A stretch of DNA of 64,000 nucleotides from Eubacteriales bacterium (lineage in GTDB: Bacteria > Bacillota > Clostridia > Oscillospirales > JAAYXM01): assembly GCA_045649105.1 (NCBI GenBank), contig JAZRPG010000041.1, positions 10,566-74,565 on the forward strand, given 5' to 3'. Position numbers and translations under genes: made by a program. Below the pieces are notes generated by a model. That model did not search any database. It was not told where the DNA came from and was given only the letters and a program-made list of their open reading frames with translations. Every line of letters starts with the position of its first letter. The stretch's first letter is position 1. Shown one piece after another: positions 31,317 through 39,621 of the stretch.

Positions 31317-31360
31317 TACATGAGCAAAAAAACACACACTACCTGAAAAGAGGTACGGTT

Positions 31361-32587
31361 ATGTCAAAAATTAATGTTGTAGGCCTTGGATATATCGGTC
31401 TTCCCACAGCGCTCATGTTCGCCGCTCACGGAGTAGAGGTTGTCGGTACCGATTATAATGAGGAGCTTGTTAAAACTCTGAATTCAGGCAGCACCACCTT
31501 TGAGGAGGATGGCCTTGACGAGCTGTTCAATGCCGCTGTCGCACGCGGAATTACTTTTTCGACGGAGTATGCAAAAACCGATGTGTATATCATATCTGTT
31601 CCGACTCCGTATGTTAAGGAAAATAAGAAAATTGACCCAAAATATGTAATAAGCGCATTAAAAAGTGTTATGTCTGTTTGTCCGCGCGGTGCAACAGTCG
31701 TAGTTGAATCCACTGTTTCCCCCGGCACTATTGACAGATTCATTCGCCCCGTAATTGAGGAGCACGGTTTTGTCATCGGAAAGGACATAAATATCGCTCA
31801 TGCGCCCGAGCGCATAATTCCCGGCAACATGGTTTATGAGCTTGAGCATAATTCCCGCACCATCGGCGCTGACAGCATCGAAGTCGGAGAGGGGATAAAA
31901 GCGCTCTATTCATCTTTCTGCAAGGGTGAAATAGTCCTTACCGACATACGCACAGCCGAAATGACGAAGGTCGTGGAGAATACATATCGCGACATAAACA
32001 TCGCATTTGCAAATGAGCTTGCAAAAATTTGCCGCTCGGACAATATGGATGTTTACGAAATTATCAGAATTGCAAACAAGCATCCGCGCGTCAACATACT
32101 TTCCCCGGGCCCGGGCGTCGGAGGGCACTGTATCTCGGTCGACCCCTGGTTTCTCGTCGGAGATTATCCCGGCCTTGCAAACATTATCCTCGCCGCGCGA
32201 AAGATAAACGACTCAATGCCTGAATTTGTTCTTGAGCGCATAAACGAAATAATGGAGGAACACGGGATATCCGACACCTCTCGCGTCGGTCTTTACGGCC
32301 TTACCTACAAGGAGGATGTCGATGACACGCGCGAAAGCCCGTCACTTCAGCTTCTCGAGAGCATGAAAAAGCATCTCGGCGGAAAAATCACCGCATACGA
32401 TCCGTTTGTCAGCAAAAAGATATGCGCAGGTCAGGTCTTTGACTTTGACGAATTTCTCAAAAAAGTTGACATCGTCGTAATCATGACTGCGCACACGCAT
32501 ATAAAGGAAAACGCCTCAAAGCTTGACGGAAAAATTGTTCTTGACACAAGAAATGTCATAAACGGTGACAAAATTTATAAGCTTTAA
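31361..32587 (+). CDS. Nucleotide-sugar dehydrogenase, UDP-N-acetyl-D-mannosamine dehydrogenase-like
   Basis: 408 aa. N-terminal Rossmann INVVGLGYIGLPTA and GGHCISVDP catalytic Cys. WecC/Cap5O-like. Confidence 0.8.
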   Translation: MSKINVVGLGYIGLPTALMFAAHGVEVVGTDYNEELVKTLNSGSTTFEEDGLDELFNAAVARGITFSTEYAKTDVYIISVPTPYVKENKKIDPKYVISALKSVMSVCPRGATVVVESTVSPGTIDRFIRPVIEEHGFVIGKDINIAHAPERIIPGNMVYELEHNSRTIGADSIEVGEGIKALYSSFCKGEIVLTDIRTAEMTKVVENTYRDINIAFANELAKICRSDNMDVYEIIRIANKHPRVNILSPGPGVGGHCISVDPWFLVGDYPGLANIILAARKINDSMPEFVLERINEIMEEHGISDTSRVGLYGLTYKEDVDDTRESPSLQLLESMKKHLGGKITAYDPFVSKKICAGQVFDFDEFLKKVDIVVIMTAHTHIKENASKLDGKIVLDTRNVINGDKIYKL

Positions 32588-32603
32588 TAAACGACAACAT
32601 TGC

Positions 32604-32639
32604 AAAAAGGCTCTGCCGATAACGGCAGAGCCTCTTTTT
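32604..32639. terminator. Bidirectional terminator (dehydrogenase gene / HIT gene)
   Basis: 10-bp GC-rich stem GGCTCTGCCG/CGGCAGAGCC flanked by A5 and T5. Confidence 0.85.
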
Positions 32640-32654
32640 ATTTTGCTATAAATA

Positions 32655-32996
32655 TTAGGCCATTTGTGTATTGAGCGTCTCTCCCCCGAGAATGTGGAAA
32701 TGGAGATGCGAAACCGTCTGACCTGCGTCCGCTCCGCAGTTTGAAACTACACGATAGCCACCGTGAAGGTTCTGCTCACGCGCAATTTTTGCAATAACTT
32801 CAAAAATATGCGCAACGACAGCTGAATTACTTTCATCTATTTCCGCTACTGACGCAATATGCTCCTTCGGGATAACGAGAATATGCATCTTTGCCTGCGG
32901 AGAAATATCGAAAAATGCAACCACGCGCTCATCCTCATATGCCTTTTTCGACGGGATTTCCCCTGCCACTATTTTGCAAAAAATACAATCTGACAT
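32655..32996 (-). CDS. HIT family (histidine triad) protein
   Basis: 113 aa. HLHFHILGG motif. Confidence 0.93.
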   Translation of the reverse strand: MSDCIFCKIVAGEIPSKKAYEDERVVAFFDISPQAKMHILVIPKEHIASVAEIDESNSAVVAHIFEVIAKIAREQNLHGGYRVVSNCGADAGQTVSHLHFHILGGETLNTQMA

Positions 32997-33008
32997 AATC
33001 CTTTTCTC

Positions 33009-35645
33009 CTACTGAATATTCTTTTTAACAAATTCACGCGCTACATCGAGAGCTGCCTGAAGCTTTGTAACATCGTTTCCGCCGGCCATTGCGAAATCCG
33101 GCTTTCCGCCACCGTTTCCGCCTGCAGCCTGTGCTGTTTCGCGAATAAGATTTCCCGCTTTTATTCCGCGCGATACGGCATCCTTTCCGCAGCTTGCGGT
33201 AAATACGATTTTTCCGCCTGCAACTCCGGCAAGTACTGCTACAATGCTTGTATCAAGACTGCGAAGCTCATCGCCGATTGCGCGAAGGTCATCGCCCTTT
33301 ACACCTTCAATCGACTTTGTGATGAATTTAATTCCGGATATATCTTCCGCATCTGCGAGATACTCACGCGCATTATTTTGTGCAAGCTTTGAATTCATAT
33401 CGGAGATTTCCTGACGAAGGGCACGAAGCTCCTCTGCGCAGTGCTCAGCTTTTGATACAATCTCCTTCGGCGCTGCCTTAAGTGCTGCAGAAACATCGCC
33501 GATTGTATTTTCAAGCTCTCCGATTCTTTCAAGGACTGCCATTCCGCATATCGCCTCTATTCTGCGGACACCTGCCGCAACGGACGACTCAGAAACTATC
33601 TTAAAGAGGCCGGCTTTTGCAACATTATCAAGATGCGTTCCTCCGCACAGCTCAATCGAGTAATCGCCCATTTTTACAACGCGGACAATATTTCCGTATT
33701 TCTCGCCAAACAGTGCCATTGCGCCGAGCTTCTTCGCCTCATCAACAGGCATTTCCGAAACGGAAACAGAAAGACCGGACAAAATCGCGGCGTTCACTTT
33801 CTTTTCTACAGCCGAAAGCTCCTCATCAGTCATCTGTGAAAAATGCGCAAAGTCAAACCTTATACTGTCAGGCCCGACAAGTGAGCCTGCCTGCTCAACA
33901 TGTGAGCCGAGCACATCACGAAGCGCCTTCTGCAGAAGATGCGTAGACGAGTGCGCACGCATAATCGCCTCGCGTCTTTCCGTATCGACGCTTGCCGTTA
34001 CAGTTTCGCCGCTTTCTATTATTCCGTCTGCAACAACACCTATATGCAAGAACTTACCGTCTTTTGTCTTCTTGACATCAGATATCTTCAAAGAGCCGTT
34101 CTTTGCCTGTATTTTTCCCGTATCTGCAAGCTGTCCGCCGGACTCTGCGTAGAACGGTGTTCTGTCCAAAACGAGCTGAACGCGGGCACCCTCACTCGCT
34201 GCAGAGGCAAGCTCGTCACCCGTTACGATGGCAAGCACTTTTGCTTCACACGAGAGCGCATCATATCCCGCAAACTCGGTCTTTACGTCCTTGTCAAGGC
34301 CAAGGTCAAGCTTTTCCCAGGCAAAATCTCCGAGCGCCGCCTGTGCTGCACGGGCGCGCTGTCTCTGCTCATTGAGACATGCATCAAACCTGTCATGGTC
34401 AACCGACATGCCATGCTCCTCTAAAATTTCAAGAGTCAGATCTATGGGGAATCCGAATGTATCAGCGAGCTTAAATGCATCGTCTCCTGAGAGGATTTTC
34501 TCTCCATTTGCCTTATGCTTCTTTATCATATCTTCAAGAATTGAGAGGCCGGCATCTATCGTCCTGTTAAATCCGTCCTCCTCCATGCGGATTACCTTCT
34601 TAATATAATCCGCCTTTTCGACAAGCTCAGGATACGCGCCGCCGCTCTCAGTTATAACAGTGCTGCAGACATCATGCAGGAAAGTACCCTTTATTCCGAG
34701 CAGACGACCGTGACGTGCGGCACGGCGCAATAAGCGGCGAAGGACATAGCCTCTGCCCTCGTTTGACGGCATAACTCCGTCGCACACCATCATCGTTGTA
34801 CTTCTGATATGGTCGGTAATTATGCGGAGCGAAATGTCAGTTTTTTCATCTGCGCCATACTTCACATTTGCAATTCGCGAGATATGCTCCATGATATTCT
34901 TTACCGTATCAACCTCAAAGAGCGACTTTACACCCTGCATTATGCATGCAAGGCGCTCAAGACCCATTCCCGTATCTATATTTTTCTGAACAAGCTCTGT
35001 ATAGTTATTATTTCCGTCGTTGTGAAACTGCGTAAAAACAAGGTTCCAGAATTCTACATATCTGTCGCAATCACAGCCTACGGCGCAATCGGGCGAGCCG
35101 CATCCGTGCTCCTCTCCGCGGTCAAAGTATATTTCCGAGCACGGACCGCAAGGACCTGCGCCTATCTCCCAGAAATTATCCTCCTTGCCGAGGCGGACCA
35201 TATGGCTCTCTGCGACGCCTATGTCGCGAGTCCACATCTCGAATGTTTCATCGTCATCCTGATAGACGGATACATAAAGCTTATCTGTGGGGATTTGCAG
35301 AACTTCGGTCACAAACTCCCATGCCCATCTCGTGGCGTCCTTTTTAAAATAATCGCCGAAAGAGAAATTACCGAGCATTTCAAAAAATGTACCGTGTCTT
35401 GAGGTTTTTCCGACGCGCTCTATATCCGGCGTACGGATACATTTCTGGCATGTGGTGACACGTGTGCGCGGCGGCGTAATCTCTCCGGAGAAATACGGCT
35501 TCATCGGCGCCATGCCTGAATTTATAAGTAAAAGCGAGTTGTCCCCCTGCGGCAGAAGCGGAAAGCTCGGCAAACGCAGATGCCCCTTGCTTTCAAAAAA
35601 GTCCAGGAATTTTTCTCTCAACTCGTTTAGTCCCATGTACTGCAT
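33009..35645 (-). CDS. alaS: Alanine--tRNA ligase
   Basis: Track ORF trimmed to MQYMGLNELREKFLDFFESKGH (GGAGGT RBS). Full-length AlaRS with editing and C-Ala domains. Confidence 0.96.
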   Translation of the reverse strand: MQYMGLNELREKFLDFFESKGHLRLPSFPLLPQGDNSLLLINSGMAPMKPYFSGEITPPRTRVTTCQKCIRTPDIERVGKTSRHGTFFEMLGNFSFGDYFKKDATRWAWEFVTEVLQIPTDKLYVSVYQDDDETFEMWTRDIGVAESHMVRLGKEDNFWEIGAGPCGPCSEIYFDRGEEHGCGSPDCAVGCDCDRYVEFWNLVFTQFHNDGNNNYTELVQKNIDTGMGLERLACIMQGVKSLFEVDTVKNIMEHISRIANVKYGADEKTDISLRIITDHIRSTTMMVCDGVMPSNEGRGYVLRRLLRRAARHGRLLGIKGTFLHDVCSTVITESGGAYPELVEKADYIKKVIRMEEDGFNRTIDAGLSILEDMIKKHKANGEKILSGDDAFKLADTFGFPIDLTLEILEEHGMSVDHDRFDACLNEQRQRARAAQAALGDFAWEKLDLGLDKDVKTEFAGYDALSCEAKVLAIVTGDELASAASEGARVQLVLDRTPFYAESGGQLADTGKIQAKNGSLKISDVKKTKDGKFLHIGVVADGIIESGETVTASVDTERREAIMRAHSSTHLLQKALRDVLGSHVEQAGSLVGPDSIRFDFAHFSQMTDEELSAVEKKVNAAILSGLSVSVSEMPVDEAKKLGAMALFGEKYGNIVRVVKMGDYSIELCGGTHLDNVAKAGLFKIVSESSVAAGVRRIEAICGMAVLERIGELENTIGDVSAALKAAPKEIVSKAEHCAEELRALRQEISDMNSKLAQNNAREYLADAEDISGIKFITKSIEGVKGDDLRAIGDELRSLDTSIVAVLAGVAGGKIVFTASCGKDAVSRGIKAGNLIRETAQAAGGNGGGKPDFAMAGGNDVTKLQAALDVAREFVKKNIQ

Positions 35646-35694
35646 ATTAACCTCCGAAATGCAAAACAAAAAATTTTAAAAACACATGCTTTTA

Positions 35695-35722
35695 TTATAC
35701 CACATTGAAATTTCATGTCAAT
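35695..35722 (-). promoter_or_regulatory. Sigma-A promoter for alaS
   Basis: On the reverse strand: TTGACA, 16 nt, TATAAT. The leader is only about 45 nt, so there is no T-box. Confidence 0.55.
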
Positions 35723-35843
35723 ATTATGCTCTGACTGCTTTATCAAGTCATTATTAATATTTCAAAACACTTAGAATGCACTTGTATTCGTCCCGGAAAT
35801 GGCTTATAATATCTTTATTATATAAAGGGAGTTGTCAATATAT

Positions 35844-36671
35844 ATGAAAAGAGTAATTTGCGCCGTTCTCGCAGCCATGACTTTGCTGCTCATGCTTTCT
35901 GCCTGCTCCTCCGGATATAAGGAGCCGCCAAAAGGCGGATTCATAGTAACAGAGCATTTTTCCGGATATAAGCTCGGCATAATCAAAAACCAAATCGAAC
36001 CCTCAACTGTAAAAGAAAAAATAGAAAACCCTAAAATAGTCTCATATAATTCTGTCGACGACGGACTGAACGCGCTTCGCGACAAGCAGATACACGGACT
36101 CGTGCTTCCTGCAATTTACGCAAACAATGCCATTGAGAAAAGCAGCGACTTCAAAAAACTCATGGATACATTTGAGAAAAAAGAGCTCTGTGCAATATCC
36201 ATGGACACCTCAAAATTAATAATGCCGATTGATGCCGCCATTACTCTCATCAAAAGCAACGGCACTATCGACAAAATAGTTGCAAAGCATATTCAGAACG
36301 CAGAACATGCCGATGAATACACCGCACCCACTAATTATAATAAGGTAAGCGGACGCACCATTACTGTCGGACTGAGCAACGAAAGCGCTTTCCCGTACAC
36401 ATATCGCGATACAGTCGGCGATATTGTCGGAATCAATATAGATGTAGCACGCGAAATTGCAGCAGACTGTGCCGCTGAGCTTGTAATTAAGGAATACCCC
36501 GAAAACAAGCTTACCGAGGCTCTTGAAAACGGAGAAGTTGACTTTATAATGTCACAGTTTTCCAAAAAGGAGGACGCGCCAAAATCTCATATCTACTCTG
36601 ATTCATATTTTGATGCATCAACCTATATTCTTCTCAGAAGCCCGCTTGCAGATGTAAATAAAGAAAAATAA
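35844..36671 (+). CDS. Lipoprotein with an apparently circularly permuted type-II substrate-binding (SBP_bac_3-like) fold
   Basis: Signal peptide and lipobox MKRVICAVLAAMTLLLMLSAC. The C-terminal half (RTITVGLSNESAFPYTYRD..GINIDVAREIA...GEVDFIMSQFS...YSDSYF) resembles the N-terminal lobe of amino-acid SBPs. The N-terminal half resembles their C-terminal part. Confidence 0.7.
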   Translation: MKRVICAVLAAMTLLLMLSACSSGYKEPPKGGFIVTEHFSGYKLGIIKNQIEPSTVKEKIENPKIVSYNSVDDGLNALRDKQIHGLVLPAIYANNAIEKSSDFKKLMDTFEKKELCAISMDTSKLIMPIDAAITLIKSNGTIDKIVAKHIQNAEHADEYTAPTNYNKVSGRTITVGLSNESAFPYTYRDTVGDIVGINIDVAREIAADCAAELVIKEYPENKLTEALENGEVDFIMSQFSKKEDAPKSHIYSDSYFDASTYILLRSPLADVNKEK

Positions 36672-36680
36672 ACGGAGCGA

Positions 36681-36730
36681 AATAACAAGGAGTGTATTAC
36701 CGCTTTTGCGGCAATACACTCCTTGTTATT
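36681..36730. terminator. Long hairpin terminator between the convergent lipoprotein and fumC genes
   Basis: Stem of about 23 bp with one mismatch: AATAACAAGGAGTGTATTACCGC-tttt-GCGGCAATACACTCCTTGTTATT. Confidence 0.8.
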
Positions 36731-36739
36731 TAAATTATG

Positions 36740-38116
36740 TTATACCATTTCTTCCGGATGAAACACCTCGTCAAACTGTTGCGCAGTAAGAAATCCGAGT
36801 TCAACACACGCTTCCTTTAAAGAAATATTGTCTGCAAATGCCTTTTTTGCAGTTTTGGCGGCATTTTCATATCCGATATAAGGATTAAGCGCAGTTACAA
36901 GCATAAGAGAGTTATGCAGATTGTGATGCATTTTTTCCTTGTTCGCTTTAATCCCGGAAGCACAGTTTTTGTTAAATGACTCAATCGCCTCCGAAAGAAG
37001 CCTTGCCGACTGCAGAAAATTATATATACAAACCGGCATAAAGACATTAAGCTCAAAATTTCCCTGAGATGCGGCAAGTCCGACCGCCACGTCATTCCCC
37101 ATCACCTGAACTGCGACCATTGTAACCGCTTCGCACTGAGTCGGGTTCACTTTCCCCGGCATGATGGATGAGCCCGGCTCATTCTCAGGAATAAAAATCT
37201 CTCCGAGTCCGTCTCTCGGACCTGACGCGAGCCAACGGACATCATTTGCAATTTTCATCATATCGCAGGCAAGCGCCTTAATTGCGCCATGCGCAAACAC
37301 GAGCTCATCCTTTGATGTGAGTGAATGAAACTTGTTCGGCGCCGTCCTGAACGGCTTGTGTGTAATATTGCTTACCTCACGCGCAACAGTCTCTGAGAAA
37401 GACGCCGGTGCATTAAGGCCCGTTCCGACAGCTGTACCGCCGAGAGCAAGTTCGTAAAGCGGCTCTATTGAACTCCTGATAAGCTCGATATCTCTTTCAA
37501 GGCTTGCACGCCATCCGCTGATTTCCTGACTGAATTTAATGGGCGTTGCATCCTGAAGATGCGTTCTTCCGCTCTTCACTATTCCCTCATTCTCTTTCTC
37601 AAGGCGCCTGAATGTTTCTGCGAGCGCCTCAGCCGCAGGGATAAGCTTGTCCTCCAGAACAAGCACTGACGCAATGTGCATTGCAGTAGGGAATGTATCA
37701 TTCGAGGATTGGCTCATGTTCACATCATCATTGGGGTGAAGCAGCTTTTTTTCTGCAATCTGATTCCCTCGGTTTGCTATAACCTCGTTTGCGTTCATGT
37801 TAGACTGCGTGCCCGAGCCTGTCTGCCACACAACAAGCGGAAAGTGGTCATTCAGCTCTCCGGACATCACCTCGTCACACGCTTTTGAAATTGCAGACAT
37901 TTTTTCTTTTGTCATTTTTTCAGGGCGCAGTGCATTATTTGCAATCGCCGCCGCTTTTTTCAGCACGCCGAATGCATGAATTATCTGTGCCGGCATCGTT
38001 TCAATCCCGACACCGATTCTAAAATTCTCATGGCTCCTCTGTGTCTGCGCCGCCCAAAGACGGTCAGCCGGCACATTAACCTCGCCCATAGAATCATGTT
38101 CAACACGGTACTTCAT
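36740..38116 (-). CDS. fumC: Class II fumarate hydratase
   Basis: 458 aa. GSSIMPGKVNPTQCEA signature. Confidence 0.95.
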   Translation of the reverse strand: MKYRVEHDSMGEVNVPADRLWAAQTQRSHENFRIGVGIETMPAQIIHAFGVLKKAAAIANNALRPEKMTKEKMSAISKACDEVMSGELNDHFPLVVWQTGSGTQSNMNANEVIANRGNQIAEKKLLHPNDDVNMSQSSNDTFPTAMHIASVLVLEDKLIPAAEALAETFRRLEKENEGIVKSGRTHLQDATPIKFSQEISGWRASLERDIELIRSSIEPLYELALGGTAVGTGLNAPASFSETVAREVSNITHKPFRTAPNKFHSLTSKDELVFAHGAIKALACDMMKIANDVRWLASGPRDGLGEIFIPENEPGSSIMPGKVNPTQCEAVTMVAVQVMGNDVAVGLAASQGNFELNVFMPVCIYNFLQSARLLSEAIESFNKNCASGIKANKEKMHHNLHNSLMLVTALNPYIGYENAAKTAKKAFADNISLKEACVELGFLTAQQFDEVFHPEEMV

Positions 38117-38204
38117 ATTCTAACACCCTTTTCCTGCGTTTTCTAATTAATAAGTATATCACAGCACATATAAACAAGTAAATAGTTTTACTTTTTAAGT
38201 ACAT

Positions 38205-38234
38205 AAAAATGCCGCCCGTGCAGGCGGCCTTTTT
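38205..38234 (-). terminator. Terminator downstream of the DMT transporter gene
   Basis: GCCGCC-cgtgca-GGCGGC with flanking A/T tracts. Confidence 0.7.
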
Positions 38235-38248
38235 ATATCTTTCTATTA

Positions 38249-39133
38249 CTATTCAAATATTTTTATGAGGAGCATTGACAGAAGGCATATTACAACGCCC
38301 GCAACGCATTTAAACGAAACTTTTTCCTTATATACTATAGCACCTACTATTACAGTTACAACGGTTGCCCCGCCCATTACAAAGGTGAAAAGCACAGCCG
38401 AGGAAAGCATCGGCGTCAGTATCGTAACAAATTGCTGTACTATAAAGACAGCGAATGCAAGGAACAATGCATACAATATTATATTTTTAGAAAGCGGTTC
38501 TTTCTTTTCTCCCGTTGCTTCAATAGGCTTAAGCCCCAAGAATAAAATGACGGAGGGTATCAAAAATGTCATAAGCGAAAACATGGAGACATTGCCGTCC
38601 GGCTGTAATTCACCAAAAAGCTTCTGGCAAAACATGGTCATACCGTTTGAAACCAGACCTCCCAAAAGGTAAATCAACATTTTGGGAGAAAAGTGTCCGT
38701 ATATCTTCTTGGAGGAATCAACAATCAAAACTGATGCTGCGAAAAATACGAATATACAAATAAACTGTATATAATTCATAGGTTCATCAAAAACGAATAT
38801 TCCCAACAGGCACGGAACAATAAGACCCGCTGTGCTGAAAATCGATGACAAAACCATCGTTCCGCCCTTTAATGCCTCAATCTGGAGCCAAGAAGAAATG
38901 GCAAGAAAAATTCCGGAAAATGTTGCAATAAGCAGTCCCTGCAAATTAAAGCCGCCGAAATCCCCCGCTATAATAAGGCTTACAAGAGCAAAACCTGCCG
39001 CGAGGAATTTTGAAATCATTATATACTTTATGTATGCATACATAGAGCCGGGCAGTTCAAGATTCGCCTTCTTACTGTAAAAGCTTTGCACAACACGCAT
39101 GCAAATTATGATGACCAGATACAGAGCTATCAT
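38249..39133 (-). CDS. DMT/EamA-like membrane transporter
   Basis: 294 aa with about 10 predicted TM helices. No specific motif recognised. Confidence 0.6.
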   Translation of the reverse strand: MIALYLVIIICMRVVQSFYSKKANLELPGSMYAYIKYIMISKFLAAGFALVSLIIAGDFGGFNLQGLLIATFSGIFLAISSWLQIEALKGGTMVLSSIFSTAGLIVPCLLGIFVFDEPMNYIQFICIFVFFAASVLIVDSSKKIYGHFSPKMLIYLLGGLVSNGMTMFCQKLFGELQPDGNVSMFSLMTFLIPSVILFLGLKPIEATGEKKEPLSKNIILYALFLAFAVFIVQQFVTILTPMLSSAVLFTFVMGGATVVTVIVGAIVYKEKVSFKCVAGVVICLLSMLLIKIFE

Positions 39134-39358
39134 TTTCTCCTATGCCCCCTATAAATGTTATGCGTTTATTATATATGTAGTCTTTTTGCAAACAGGCCAA
39201 AAACGAACCGATTGCAACACTCAGTATTATACGCTAATAAAATAAATTGTCAAGCAAAAAACAGAAAAAAAGTTCATGAAAATCGCAACCTTTTCAACTT
39301 CAGGACAAGACAGTTTAATCGGAAAAAATCAAAAAGAACTCCGAAATAATTATTTTCC

Positions 39359-39387
39359 TTGACAAATCGAAATTTCGGGTATATAAT
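39359..39387 (+). promoter_or_regulatory. Consensus sigma-A promoter of the aro operon
   Basis: TTGACA (39359-64), 17 nt, TATAAT (39382-87). Confidence 0.7.
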
Positions 39388-39420
39388 ATCTACCAATAAT
39401 AAAGAAAGGAAGAATCGCAT

Positions 39421-39504
39421 ATGCCAGTAGCGCTTAACACAAAACGCAATCGATTTTATTTTAGCCATCCGTGCGGTTTTTCATTCTTTGCAAAAACCCG
39501 TTAA
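39421..39504 (+). CDS. Candidate leader peptide (27 codons, Phe/Tyr-rich) of the aro operon
   Basis: AGAAAGGA SD 8-10 nt upstream of the ATG. Peptide MPVALNTKRNRFYFSHPCGFSFFAKTR, with aromatic codons clustered at 39454-62 and 39478-89. No homology evidence. Confidence 0.35.
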   Translation: MPVALNTKRNRFYFSHPCGFSFFAKTR

Positions 39505-39552
39505 ATCGATGGCTTATGAGCTGTCGGCTTGATGGCAATTACAAAGTAAACT

Positions 39553-39602
39553 GAAGTCCGCACGGAATTTGATTTCAAATCAAAATCGTGCGGACTTTTT
39601 TT
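39553..39602 (+). terminator. Leader (attenuator) terminator of the aro operon
   Basis: Stem AAGTCCGCACG/CGTGCGGACTT with an AU-rich upper extension, followed by T7. Confidence 0.8.
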
Positions 39603-39621
39603 AGTAAGGAGATTATAGATT

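Larger units (their letters stand above)
39394..39602 (+). promoter_or_regulatory. Transcription attenuator leader (terminator/antiterminator alternative) upstream of aroF; not a T-box
   Basis: TCCGTGCGG (39468-76) is perfectly complementary to the terminator 5' arm CCGCACGGA (39558-66) and is a near-repeat of the 3' arm. The terminator sits directly before the aroF RBS. Confidence 0.65.

Noticed and set aside
35636-35646. Apparent 1-nt discrepancy (possible frameshift) at the alaS 5' end, and similarly near 46094, when I hand-indexed the printed sequence
   Set aside because: The ORF track gives continuous in-frame translations across both sites, and nearby coordinates check out exactly. This is most likely my own counting or reading error, so it is not reported as a pseudogene. 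Track-based arithmetic was used for coordinates.
35646-35843. T-box upstream of alaS
   Set aside because: A consensus-like promoter leaves a leader of only about 45 nt. No T-box motifs are present.
39394-39621. T-box or TRAP-type control of the aro operon leader
   Set aside because: No T-box sequence (GGUGGUACCGCG-like), Stem I distal loop or AG bulge is present. (G/U)AG triplets are few and irregularly spaced, unlike a TRAP binding site.
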